18,954 bases of DNA from Erysipelotrichaceae bacterium (GCA_963586925.1 CAVAAT010000042.1:35335-54288); one strand, 5' to 3'; shown: positions 1 through 9,158, numbered from the stretch's first letter. Program-made: numbers and translations. The notes: generated from the letters alone by a model not told the origin.

Positions 1-336
1 TTAAATACTAAATTATATGAATTATCATTAAAAAAACTTACAAAGTTTTCTGATGATTATGACACACTTATGACTAATGATGTTGCTTCAAATAAGAATT
101 ATTACTATGATCGTAATGATATTGAAGGAAGTAAGACATTACAATTTGAAGATAGACAATTGCCGGTAGTTAATGATATAGATAAATATCTTACAAGCAT
201 ATATGGGGATTATATGACTCCACCAGAAGAAAATGAGAGATGTGGCCATGATCTGGATGGTGAGAGCGTTATATATGATTTTGAAAGATCATATAAAGAA
301 TATCAAAAGGAAATTGCGATTAAAAATAGGGAATAG
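1..336 (+). CDS. LicD-family phosphotransferase, C-terminal part only (5' end lies outside the window)
   Basis: Frame 1 is open from base 1 (LNTKLYELSLKKLTKFSDDYD...), upstream of the ATG at 70 in the ORF track. The 1-336 translation aligns by eye with the C-terminal third of the LicD paralogue at 2532-3359 (LTKFxDDYD ... YGDYMTPP..ER..HDLD..SVIYDFERSYKxYQxE). Confidence 0.85.
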   Translation, partial: LNTKLYELSLKKLTKFSDDYDTLMTNDVASNKNYYYDRNDIEGSKTLQFEDRQLPVVNDIDKYLTSIYGDYMTPPEENERCGHDLDGESVIYDFERSYKEYQKEIAIKNRE

Positions 337-350
337 AGGGCTAGGATAAT

Positions 351-1154
351 ATGATAAGTGAACAAGAAATGAGAATGCTCAAGCAAGAAGAGTTAAAGAT
401 ATTGGATCATTTTGTAAAGTTTTGTGAAAAGAATGATCTAAGATACTATCTTTCATTTGGAACTTTACTTGGGGCAGTAAGACATAAGGGATTTATTCCT
501 TGGGATGATGATATTGATGTTTGTATGCCACCAAAAGATTATCAAAAGTTTTTAAAAATATATAAAAGTGATGACAAGTATTTCTTACAGACTTATGAAA
601 CTGATAAGTATTATCATGTGTTATTTGCGAAAATAAGAGAAAATCATACTTGTATGATCGAAAAGGAAAATACTTATATGAATATTAATAAAGGTATCAA
701 TATTGATATATTTCCTTTGATCCCTTATCCTGATGATAATAAAGATAGAAAAAAGATGTTATTTAAATTTAAGTTAGCTACTTTGTTAGTAGGTACTTCT
801 ATCAAAACTAAAAAACTTAGAAATAAGATTGTATTTAGTTTGATAAGGTTATTTCCACGTAATTTCATCAATAAAAAAGCAGATAAACTACTTAATGAAA
901 TGCTAGAGTATTCAGGAAAGTATAGTGAATATAAGATGGAACTTAATGATATACCTACTAAGGTGCAGTGGTATGAAAAAATAGAGAAAATACCATTTGA
1001 AGATAGAGAGTATTATGCTCCTTCTCAAAAAGAGGAAGTATTAAAAGTTTTGTATGGTGATTACATGAAACTACCACCTGAAAACGAAAGAGTAGGTCAT
1101 GGTGATATCATTTTGAGTTTTGATAAGAGTTATGAGGAGTTATCTATAGATTAA
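351..1154 (+). CDS. LicD-family phosphotransferase (nucleotidyltransferase fold)
   Basis: 267 aa. It has the N-terminal LRYYLSFGTLLGAVRHKGFIPWDDDIDV motif and the C-terminal YGDYMKLPPENERVGH motif typical of LicD. A purine-rich GAGGG/TAGGA stretch lies upstream of the ATG. Confidence 0.9.
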   Translation: MISEQEMRMLKQEELKILDHFVKFCEKNDLRYYLSFGTLLGAVRHKGFIPWDDDIDVCMPPKDYQKFLKIYKSDDKYFLQTYETDKYYHVLFAKIRENHTCMIEKENTYMNINKGINIDIFPLIPYPDDNKDRKKMLFKFKLATLLVGTSIKTKKLRNKIVFSLIRLFPRNFINKKADKLLNEMLEYSGKYSEYKMELNDIPTKVQWYEKIEKIPFEDREYYAPSQKEEVLKVLYGDYMKLPPENERVGHGDIILSFDKSYEELSID

Positions 1155-1193
1155 AGTTATGCTTAATGAGTGAGCGAAAGGGATGGAAAACGA

Positions 1194-2327
1194 ATGAAAA
1201 AAGTGATCTTTTTACAGTTAAATGGGAAAAGTTTTGGTGGGGTATGGCAAGTTAATAGATTGATAGGAGAAGAATTGATCAAACATGGTTATGATGTGAC
1301 TGTGTTGAGTTTAAAAAATAATCCAATCGGTAAAGAAGTTGAACATGATGAAAAACTTAAAGTTAAAACGATAAATGAAAAGGATCCATGGTATACCTAC
1401 AGAACAAAAGAGTTTAAAGATGCTTTATCAAAAGGTAAGATATTTTCTTTTATAAGAATGGCTTTTTGCCGTATCAAACATGATTTCATTTTAAGTAATG
1501 ATGTTAAACAGTTGCAAGATTATATTCGTCAACAAAAACCAGATTACATAATAAATACTCATTATCAAATGTTAGATATGATCCCTGTTGAGTATTTAAA
1601 GGTTACTATTCATGAACAACATTCTTCCTTCATGATCGCTTATAAACATATTGCAACTCGTGAGACTTTATTAAGATACAATGGTAAAGTTAAATTCTTA
1701 TGGTTGACAAAGAGTGCCTTAGAGGATGCAGAAAAAGCTGGCTTTGTTAATAATTCTTATATTTACAATGCGGTAAGATTCACCAGCGAAAAGAGAGCTG
1801 ATGTTAATGCCAATAAAAAATTGATTGCTTTATGTCGATTATCTGATGATAAGAATCTAGATCAAATGATAGATATAGCGGAAAAACTATTTGAGGATAA
1901 AGAACTTTCTGATTGGTCTTTAGAAATCTATGGTGATGGTGAATTACAACAACATTTAAGCGAAAAGATCCAAAATAAAGAACAGATCAAACTTATGGGA
2001 AGAACTGATGATAGTAAAAAAGTATTATTAAAAAGTTCGATCAATCTAAATACTTCTCCATCTGAAGGTTTTTCATTGACAATACTAGAAGCTAATGAAT
2101 GTGGTATACCGACTGTTTGCTTTAATTTCGGCGAATCAGTTTATGAAGAGATCATTGATAGTAAAACTGGATTTATATGCAAGGATGAAAAAGACTATGT
2201 CAATAAATTATCTTATTTAATGAAAAACAAAGAAATATTAGATGAAATTTCGATTGATTGTCGCAAATTCTCTGAGAATTTTCATATAGAGAACATCATC
2301 TCCAAATGGTTAGACTTGCTTAAGTAG
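1194..2327 (+). CDS. GT4-family (GT-B fold, group 1) glycosyltransferase
   Basis: EX7E motif EGFSLTILEANECGIP and a C-terminal GT-B half. ATG 1194 (MKKVIFLQ) is preferred over the GTG at 1170 because the paralogue at 5812 starts MQKKIIFLQ and AAGGGA lies about 10 nt upstream of 1194. Confidence 0.85.
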   Translation: MKKVIFLQLNGKSFGGVWQVNRLIGEELIKHGYDVTVLSLKNNPIGKEVEHDEKLKVKTINEKDPWYTYRTKEFKDALSKGKIFSFIRMAFCRIKHDFILSNDVKQLQDYIRQQKPDYIINTHYQMLDMIPVEYLKVTIHEQHSSFMIAYKHIATRETLLRYNGKVKFLWLTKSALEDAEKAGFVNNSYIYNAVRFTSEKRADVNANKKLIALCRLSDDKNLDQMIDIAEKLFEDKELSDWSLEIYGDGELQQHLSEKIQNKEQIKLMGRTDDSKKVLLKSSINLNTSPSEGFSLTILEANECGIPTVCFNFGESVYEEIIDSKTGFICKDEKDYVNKLSYLMKNKEILDEISIDCRKFSENFHIENIISKWLDLLK

Positions 2328-2531
2328 TCTGCCTTATATTATTAAGTAAAATCATCAAATTATAAAAATACTTAGTGCTAAATATTGAAATGTACAGAAA
2401 AAATTTGCTATATTTATAAATGGTTAATTTTGTGTATTGCTTCCATTATGTGCACTATTTTTAGCTAGGATCAGAGCATTAATGCTTTTTATATAAAAGA
2501 TTTTTCTTAACAGCAGTAAGGAGAGATTATC

Positions 2532-3359
2532 ATGGATAGAAATAGAAAACTTAAGGATTATGAGTTGAAAGTATTATATAAATTGGATGATCTGTGTAAA
2601 AAGCATGGATTAAGATATTATCTTGCTTATGGTAGTGCTTTAGGTGCTGCAAGACATCAAGGTTTCATTCCTTGGGATGATGATGTTGATGTTTATATGA
2701 ATATTGTTGATTTTATTAAGTTAAAGGAGATCTGTGAGAAAGAATTAGAAGATGACTTCTATTTTCAAGATAGATCTACAGATAGACTTTATTATAATCC
2801 TTGGGGCAAGCTAGGCCTAGAGAATACTACTTGGATGCCTAAGGATAGATTAGTTGATGCTAAGTATGGTATTTGTGTTGATATCTTCCCTTTTTTTCCT
2901 TTAAAGGATAATGCGGCTAATCGTCAATATATTGAAAAGAATGTTAAAATGATGAATATTACTTGTTCTAGGAATTATGTTCTTAAAACCGCAAAGAAAT
3001 CTGTTAAGAAGTTTGTTCATAGGATCACTCCTGATGATTTAGAAGTTAAAATGTATGAAAAATCTTTAAAAAATCTGACGAAGTTTAAAGATGACTATGA
3101 CAAGATAGTTCTTTTCCCTATTGGTTTTCATAGATGTGTATATTTTAATAAAGAAGATATGGAAGGAGACAATAAGTTGATGTTTGAAGGAAGATTGACT
3201 CCTGTTCCTAATAATTATGATAGAATATTAACAGAGATTTATGGTGATTATATGACTCCACCTCCTGTGAGTGAGAGATTTAATCATGATCTTGATAACA
3301 ATAGTGTTATCTATGATTTTGAAAGGTCTTATAAATATTATCAAAATGAAAAAGATTAG
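2532..3359 (+). CDS. LicD-family phosphotransferase
   Basis: 275 aa with LRYYLAYGSALGAARHQGFIPWDDDVDV and a C-terminal YGDYMTPPPVSERFNH. A strong RBS (AAGGAGAG, 2518-2525) lies 6 nt before the ATG. Confidence 0.9.
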   Translation: MDRNRKLKDYELKVLYKLDDLCKKHGLRYYLAYGSALGAARHQGFIPWDDDVDVYMNIVDFIKLKEICEKELEDDFYFQDRSTDRLYYNPWGKLGLENTTWMPKDRLVDAKYGICVDIFPFFPLKDNAANRQYIEKNVKMMNITCSRNYVLKTAKKSVKKFVHRITPDDLEVKMYEKSLKNLTKFKDDYDKIVLFPIGFHRCVYFNKEDMEGDNKLMFEGRLTPVPNNYDRILTEIYGDYMTPPPVSERFNHDLDNNSVIYDFERSYKYYQNEKD

Positions 3360-4290
3360 TGTTATTGTACCAGTTTACAATGTAGAACAGTATTTAAAAA
3401 AATGTCTTGATTCTTTAGTTGATCAAACTTTAAGTGACATCGAGATCATTATTGTCAATGATGGCACTACTGATAACAGTCAAACTATCATTGATGAATA
3501 TGTTAGTAAATACGAGAATATGAGAGCATTTAAGAAAGTAAATGGTGGGCTTTCTGATGCTCGTAACTTTGGCTTAGAACATATTAATGGAGAATATGTG
3601 GCTTTTGTTGATAGTGATGACTATGTGCAAAAGGATATGTATGAAAAGATGTATGACAAGGCTAAAGAAAGTGATTTTGATATGGTAGTATGTGATCTTA
3701 ACTATGTTTATCCTGATAGATTAATAGAAGTTAATAGCCATATAGAAAATGATACTACTGATATCAAAAAGAGCATGATCAATATCTATCCTGCTGCTTG
3801 GAATAAGCTTTATAAGAGAAGCTTATTTGAACACGATGTTAGATTTAAAAAAGGTGTTTGGTTTGAAGATGTAGAGTTCTTATATCGTTTACTTCCATAT
3901 GTTAATAGTATTGGAGTAGTAAAGGAGCCTTTCTATCAATATGTTCAAAGAGAAGGATCGATTACTTCTACGGTAAATAAAAAGATCTATGATTACATTT
4001 CTAATTGGAATGGCATCATTGATCATTATAAAGAACATAACTTATTTGATGAGTATAAAGAAGAATTAGAATATTGTTATGTACGTTACATCTATGCTAC
4101 TTTTGTTAAACAAGCAAGTAGATATGACTATTCTGATTATCTAGAAGCAGTAGATGTGGCAATAGAGAATGTTAAGAAACAGTTTCCTAATTATAGGAAG
4201 AATAAACTATTTAAGGGAAATATAAAGGGTTTATATCTATTATTGTTTAATAAGACATTAGCTAAAATGTATTACAAACTAAGGAGTTGA
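3346..4290 (+). CDS. GT2-family (GT-A fold) glycosyltransferase
   Basis: MKKISVIVPVYNVEQYLKKCLDSLVDQT...IIIVNDGTTDNS...FVDSDD is the classical GT2 N-terminus plus DXD. The start is placed at ATG 3346, in frame with the 3271 ORF. The 25 upstream codons overlap the LicD 3' end and have no GT2 counterpart. Confidence 0.88.
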   Translation: MKKISVIVPVYNVEQYLKKCLDSLVDQTLSDIEIIIVNDGTTDNSQTIIDEYVSKYENMRAFKKVNGGLSDARNFGLEHINGEYVAFVDSDDYVQKDMYEKMYDKAKESDFDMVVCDLNYVYPDRLIEVNSHIENDTTDIKKSMINIYPAAWNKLYKRSLFEHDVRFKKGVWFEDVEFLYRLLPYVNSIGVVKEPFYQYVQREGSITSTVNKKIYDYISNWNGIIDHYKEHNLFDEYKEELEYCYVRYIYATFVKQASRYDYSDYLEAVDVAIENVKKQFPNYRKNKLFKGNIKGLYLLLFNKTLAKMYYKLRS

Positions 4291-4294
4291 GTTA

Positions 4295-5812
4295 ATGAAG
4301 ACTAAAAAGACTTTGATTAATTTTATAACAGATACTATACCTTTAGTGATAATTTCACTTTTAGGAATATTTAAATCTAAATTATTTTTACAAGTTTTTG
4401 GTGATGAGATATTGGGGTTATATAATCTTTTTTCTCAGATCATGACTTATGTAGCATTAGTAGATGGTGGCTTGTCTAGTGCCGTTCTTTATTCTTTATA
4501 TAAACCGAATGCTGAAGGCGACCAAAAGAAGTTCAATGCGCTTATTGCTGGGGCATTTAAGACATTCTCTTTTATTGGAATGGCTGTATTTGGAATAGCT
4601 GGTATTGTTTCTTTCTTCGTGCCATTTTTGATCAAAAACTGTTCTTTTGATTATTGGTATGTCATTTTGTCATTTATGCTATTTGCTTTGAGTAGTACGG
4701 TTGGCTACTTCTTTGTCCCATTCACTGCTTTACTAGAAGTGAAAGAAAAGAAATATATTTATAATTTGACTTATCAACTTGGTCAGATTAGTTTATCGAT
4801 CACTGAGATCATTATGCTTAAAAAAGGTTTTACTTTTGAAGCAGTTTTATTCATGCATAGTATTGTAAGACTCATTGCTTATACTACCGAAGCTCTTATC
4901 TGTAAAAAACAATTTCCTGAGGTTAAGTTTACCCAAAGTGAAAAAGATTTTGGATTTAAGAGACATATTAAATCTTTAGTTTTTCATAAGATCAATGGAC
5001 TTGTTGGGTCAAATATTGACTCTATCATCATTTCTTCAATGATAGGACTAAAAGAAGCGGCTATATATTCTACATATAACTATATTGTTAATATGCTAAG
5101 AACGATATTGGGTAAGATTGAATATTCTATGACTGCGATCGTAGGCAATGAGCTTGCTAGGGATAAGACAAAGGCTTACAAATTGTTCCAAGAGTTTGAT
5201 TCAATGCTATTTTTTATAGCTACAATAATCTGTGTACCATTAGCATTAGCTATCAATGGATTTATTGATATTTGGTATGAGGGGGAAATATCCACTAGTA
5301 TTCTTTTAGCAATTGCTTTTTCAACATCATTGTTTATAACCATTATAAAGATGGATACAACTTTATTTGTATCTGCTGGTGGTTTGTATGCAGAAACGCG
5401 ATATTGCGCTTTGACGGATACAACTGTCAATTTGATATTATCTTTTGTTCTTATTAAATTAATAGGTGTACCTGGAGTAATATTTGCGACAGCAATTTCT
5501 GTTTTTGTTGCTGAATATATTTTGAAAACGATCGTAGTACATCAGAATATTTTTATGAAGAGCGCCAAAGGGTATTTCATACGTAATATCAAATTTTTCG
5601 CGATCTGTGTTGTAGATCTAATATTAGGTTATATGATAATGTCACCTATAAACTTATCATCTATAATAACTTGGTTTGTTGTGTATGTTATTTATTTTAT
5701 CTTTAATGCTTTATTAGTATATATAGTTTACAAAATATTTAAGGAAACCCAGTTTAGTAGTAGATTCATTAATTTATTCAAACAAATCATTCTGAAAGGA
5801 AAAAAAGGTTAA
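4295..5812 (+). CDS. Wzx-like oligosaccharide/polysaccharide flippase (MOP superfamily)
   Basis: 505 aa and hydrophobic throughout, with many predicted TM helices. Its size and its position inside a glycosyltransferase cluster are typical of Wzx/RfbX-type flippases. RBS AAGGAG at 4281-4286. Confidence 0.7.
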   Translation: MKTKKTLINFITDTIPLVIISLLGIFKSKLFLQVFGDEILGLYNLFSQIMTYVALVDGGLSSAVLYSLYKPNAEGDQKKFNALIAGAFKTFSFIGMAVFGIAGIVSFFVPFLIKNCSFDYWYVILSFMLFALSSTVGYFFVPFTALLEVKEKKYIYNLTYQLGQISLSITEIIMLKKGFTFEAVLFMHSIVRLIAYTTEALICKKQFPEVKFTQSEKDFGFKRHIKSLVFHKINGLVGSNIDSIIISSMIGLKEAAIYSTYNYIVNMLRTILGKIEYSMTAIVGNELARDKTKAYKLFQEFDSMLFFIATIICVPLALAINGFIDIWYEGEISTSILLAIAFSTSLFITIIKMDTTLFVSAGGLYAETRYCALTDTTVNLILSFVLIKLIGVPGVIFATAISVFVAEYILKTIVVHQNIFMKSAKGYFIRNIKFFAICVVDLILGYMIMSPINLSSIITWFVVYVIYFIFNALLVYIVYKIFKETQFSSRFINLFKQIILKGKKG

Positions 5813-6951
5813 TGCAGAAAAAAATAATATTTTTGCAGAATAAAGGTCGAAGTTTAGGTGGTGTTTGGCAAGTAAATAGATTAGTTGGCGAAAAACTTAT
5901 TGAAAAAGGCTATGATGTTTCAGTTGTGTCTTTAAGAAATAATCCTACAGATAAAGAGGTAGAACATGATGTAAGATTAAAGATCGATACCATTAATAAA
6001 AAAGATCTATGGGGAACTTATTCTTTTACAGAAATGAAACAGATATTAAAAAAAGGTAGATTTTTTACATTTGTTAAGATGATCTTCTCTAGGATCGGTT
6101 ACGAATTAGTTATGAAAAAGGATGTAAAATCTTTGCAAGCCTTGATAAATGATGAAAAACCAGATCATATTATAACTACACAATATCAACTTTTGGATAT
6201 GATACCAAAAAATTATCTATCTGTTACAATTCATGAACAACATAGTGATTTTGCTTCAGCATATAAACATAAAGCTACTAGAGAAACTTTATTAAGATAT
6301 AATGGGAAGATCAAATTCTTATGGTTGACTAAAGCTACAATGCTGGCTGCTAACGAAACAGGTTTTGTTAATAACTCTTTTATTTATAATGCGGTTAGAT
6401 TTGAGTGTGAAAAGATAGCTGATGTTGCAGATAATAAGAAGTTAATAACTATCTGTCGACTTGCTGAACAAAAAAACTTACAATTAATGATCGATATTGT
6501 TGAAGAAATCTTTGTTGATGAAAGATTTAAAGATTGGACTTTAGAAATTTATGGAGATGGACCTTTAGAAGAACAACTAAGGGAGCGGATAACTAACAAA
6601 AATCAAGTCAAACTTATGGGAATTACTAATGATCCTAAAAGTGCTTTGTTAGGTTCTTCGATAAATTTGAATACCTCAAATTTCGAAGGATTTGCTATGT
6701 CCATATTAGAAGCAAATGAATGTGGTGTGCCAACGATTAGCTTAATCTTTGGAGAATCAGTATATGAACAGATAATTGATGAAGAAACAGGGGCAATCTG
6801 TAAAAATAAACAGGAATATATATCGAGATTGAGAGAATTAATGCTAGATCAAGAAAAACTGAAATATTTATCAAAAAATTGTAAAAAATATTCTCTAAAT
6901 TTTCGTATTGATCATATCATTGATGATTGGATATCCTTATTAGAAAGTTGA
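5812..6951 (+). CDS. GT4-family glycosyltransferase, paralogue of 1194-2327
   Basis: Aligns end to end by eye with the 1194-2327 product (GGVWQVNRL, VTIHEQHS, ATRETLLRYNGK.KFLWLTK, GFVNNS.IYNAVRF, LEIYGDG, SSINLNTS, EGF..SILEANECG.PT). Its ATG overlaps the flippase stop (TAATG). Confidence 0.88.
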   Translation: MQKKIIFLQNKGRSLGGVWQVNRLVGEKLIEKGYDVSVVSLRNNPTDKEVEHDVRLKIDTINKKDLWGTYSFTEMKQILKKGRFFTFVKMIFSRIGYELVMKKDVKSLQALINDEKPDHIITTQYQLLDMIPKNYLSVTIHEQHSDFASAYKHKATRETLLRYNGKIKFLWLTKATMLAANETGFVNNSFIYNAVRFECEKIADVADNKKLITICRLAEQKNLQLMIDIVEEIFVDERFKDWTLEIYGDGPLEEQLRERITNKNQVKLMGITNDPKSALLGSSINLNTSNFEGFAMSILEANECGVPTISLIFGESVYEQIIDEETGAICKNKQEYISRLRELMLDQEKLKYLSKNCKKYSLNFRIDHIIDDWISLLES

Positions 6952-7123
6952 TTTTTATCTTTACTTTTCATCAGCAATCGTTATAATTTAACTGATATTT
7001 GGGCAAGATGTCAAAAGTGAAATGTGTCTATATATAGGAAGTATTACAATACATAATCTAATTTTATTATTTTTATATAGCAAAAATGGGGCAATATTTT
7101 AAAATGAAAGAAGATCAATAGTT

Positions 7124-7942
7124 ATGAATGATGAGAATTTAAAGAAGTTGCACCAGTATCAAATGTTGATATTAGATGAGATTGCTCTGTTCTGCAAAGA
7201 ACACAATATTAGATATTTTTTGACTGGTGGTTCAGCTTTAGGAGCGATAAGACATAATGGTTTTATCCCTTGGGATGATGATATCGATATTGCTATGATG
7301 CGTAGAGACTATGAATATTTGATTAATAATTATATAGATAACGATAAGTTTCATTTGCAATGCATGGAAAAAGATGGTAATTATTGGAATATGTTTGCTA
7401 AGATGAGAATGAATAACACTTATTTAGGTGAAAAAGCGTTAAGAGATTTAGCTCTTCCAAATGAAATATTTGTAGATATTTTTCCGATTGATAATGCTCC
7501 TTCGGGTGGATATCGCAAAGTCATGATTAATGCAAATCTTGTGAAAATCAATAATTCTGCTTTATGGCTAAAGAAAAAACTAAAAAAGGTTTCTAATTGC
7601 AAGTATAAACTTGCTGAATACTTGGTTTCATTATTGCCAGAAAAAACGATTTATTCATTAACAAAAAAGATCATGACTAGTTACAAAGATGATGATTCTG
7701 AGTATGTTGTTGCTTATCTTAGTGCTTATGCGATAAGAAAAGAGTATTTGCCTAGATCTACTTACTATGATACTGTGGAACATAAATTTGAAGACAGGAT
7801 TTATATGATTCCAGCAGATGCTGATAAATATCTAACAAGTGTTTATGGAAACTATATGGCTTTACCACCTGTAGAAAAAAGAGTTACTCATAATATCGGT
7901 AGGATCAGTTTTGATACTACAAAAGATGATGTTAATGAATGA
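7124..7942 (+). CDS. LicD-family phosphotransferase
   Basis: 272 aa with IRYFLTGGSALGAIRHNGFIPWDDDIDI and a C-terminal YGNYMALPPVEKRVTH. It is followed by a terminator. Confidence 0.9.
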   Translation: MNDENLKKLHQYQMLILDEIALFCKEHNIRYFLTGGSALGAIRHNGFIPWDDDIDIAMMRRDYEYLINNYIDNDKFHLQCMEKDGNYWNMFAKMRMNNTYLGEKALRDLALPNEIFVDIFPIDNAPSGGYRKVMINANLVKINNSALWLKKKLKKVSNCKYKLAEYLVSLLPEKTIYSLTKKIMTSYKDDDSEYVVAYLSAYAIRKEYLPRSTYYDTVEHKFEDRIYMIPADADKYLTSVYGNYMALPPVEKRVTHNIGRISFDTTKDDVNE

Positions 7943-7946
7943 TTTT

Positions 7947-7974
7947 AAAGACTGTACTTGGTGCGGTCTTTTTT
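7947..7974 (+). terminator. Rho-independent terminator closing the glycopolymer gene block
   Basis: AAAGACTG (7947-7954) pairs with CGGTCTTT (7964-7971), including one G-T wobble, around a 9-nt loop. The stem runs into a T-tract (7969-7974). Confidence 0.6.
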
Positions 7975-7978
7975 GATG

Positions 7979-8007
7979 TTTCACTATTAAGGCAAAAATG
8001 CTAAAAT
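7979..8007 (+). promoter_or_regulatory. Candidate extended -10 promoter for the MBL-hydrolase/t6A unit
   Basis: TGcTAAAAT at 7999-8007 fits the TGn plus -10 pattern. The -35 (TTTCAC) 17 nt upstream is weak. The site lies just after the upstream terminator and before RBS GGAGG 8023-8027. Confidence 0.3.
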
Positions 8008-8034
8008 ATTGTTAGTTTGACTGGAGGAATAGTT

Positions 8035-8664
8035 ATGATTATCAAATGGTTAGGTCATTCATGTTTTAAGATACAAGTTGAGTCACAATCAGTTATTATT
8101 GATCCATATGCTGATGGTAGTGTTGCTGGTTATGAAGATTTAAGAGAAGAAGCTAATATTGTTTTATGTTCTCATTTACATAAGGATCATTGTGGTACTG
8201 AGTGTGTTAAGTTGGTCGATTCTAAATATGATAGTCCTTTTGAGATTGAGACTATGGATAGTTTTCATGATGATAAGAAGGGAAAGTTAAGAGGAGATAA
8301 TATCATCCATATCTTAACTGTGCAAGATTATTATAAGGTTGTGCATTTAGGCGATCTTGGTCATATGTTGACTGAAGAGCAGATCAACAAGATCAAGGGA
8401 TGTCATGTCTTAATGATACCAGTTGGTGGTTATTATACAATTAATGCTAAACAGGCTGCAGAATTGGTTGATCAGATTCAACCTAAGATCACTATTCCTA
8501 TGCATTATCGCGAAGGTAATTTAGGTTATGATGTTCTAGGTACTGTTAGTGATTTTGCTAAATATTTTGAGAAAGTATTATATCTTGCTAGTGATTCTAT
8601 TGAATATAGTGATGAATTAGATGGCGAGCTTGTTGTTTTAGATTACAATTCTAATAACAAATAA
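8035..8664 (+). CDS. MBL-fold metallo-hydrolase
   Basis: WLGHSCF...IIDPY...SHLHKDH (HxHxDH metal motif). ATG 8035 is preferred over TTG 8017 because GGAGG (8023-8027) sits 7 nt upstream of 8035. Confidence 0.8.
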   Translation: MIIKWLGHSCFKIQVESQSVIIDPYADGSVAGYEDLREEANIVLCSHLHKDHCGTECVKLVDSKYDSPFEIETMDSFHDDKKGKLRGDNIIHILTVQDYYKVVHLGDLGHMLTEEQINKIKGCHVLMIPVGGYYTINAKQAAELVDQIQPKITIPMHYREGNLGYDVLGTVSDFAKYFEKVLYLASDSIEYSDELDGELVVLDYNSNNK

Positions 8665-8699
8665 AAAAATAGCGAGTATAATATCAGTGGTGATTATTT

Positions 8700-9158
8700 A
8701 TGGAAAGTTTAGAAGTTGTTACTTGTAGTAGTGAAGAAACTAAAATGATAGCTAATAGGTTAGCTAGCTTATTATCCGAAGGAACATTGATCACTTTATC
8801 TGGTCAGTTAGGTGCTGGTAAGACAACCTTTACTCAAGGTTTGGCTTTAGGTTTAAATATTAAAAAACATGTTACTTCACCTACTTTTACTTTGTTAAAG
8901 ATCTATAATGGTGATCTACCTTTATATCACATTGATGCTTATCGTTTGGAAGGCGTCGAGCAAGATCTTGGCTTTGATGAGTATATTGAAGGTGATGGTG
9001 TTTGTGTCATTGAATGGAGTAATTTCATTGAAAACATCTTACCTAAAGAATGTCTTAATATTGAATTCAATATTTTAGAGAATGATGATAGAAAATTGAC
9101 CTTTAAAGCTAAAGGTGAAAGATATGAAAGGATACTTGATAAATTATGTATACAGTAG
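8700..9158 (+). CDS. tsaE: tRNA t6A37 biosynthesis ATPase TsaE (YjeE/YdiB)
   Basis: 152 aa with Walker A GQLGAGKTTFTQG and SPTFTL..Y....HID.YRL, the characteristic TsaE pattern. It is the first gene of the conserved tsaE-tsaB-rimI-tsaD order. Confidence 0.9.
   Translation: MESLEVVTCSSEETKMIANRLASLLSEGTLITLSGQLGAGKTTFTQGLALGLNIKKHVTSPTFTLLKIYNGDLPLYHIDAYRLEGVEQDLGFDEYIEGDGVCVIEWSNFIENILPKECLNIEFNILENDDRKLTFKAKGERYERILDKLCIQ

Noticed and set aside
1170-1193. GTG start for the first GT4 gene, and likewise TTG 8017 for the MBL hydrolase
   Set aside because: Downstream ATGs (1194 and 8035) have properly spaced purine-rich RBSs. They also match the N-terminus of the paralogue (MQKKIIFLQ) or of the family (M.IKWLGHSCF).
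2473-2490. AGCATTAATGCT palindrome plus T-tract as a terminator between the first GT4 gene and the next LicD gene
   Set aside because: The stem is only 4-5 bp and AT-rich, with a minimal loop. It is too weak to call. It may slightly attenuate transcription, but the evidence is insufficient.
3271-3345. N-terminal extension of the GT2 ORF (MRDLIMILITIVLSMILKGLINIIK)
   Set aside because: It overlaps the conserved C-terminus of the LicD gene in another frame. GT2 enzymes normally begin right at the M(K)KISVI(V/I)P(V)YN strand, which starts at ATG 3346.
5176-5430. 84-aa ORF on the minus strand
   Set aside because: It lies entirely antisense to the well-supported flippase gene. It has no RBS or recognisable motif, and shadow ORFs of this kind are common in AT-rich DNA.
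7420-7602. 60-aa ORF on the minus strand
   Set aside because: It is antisense inside the LicD gene 7124-7942, has low-complexity composition, and has no independent support.
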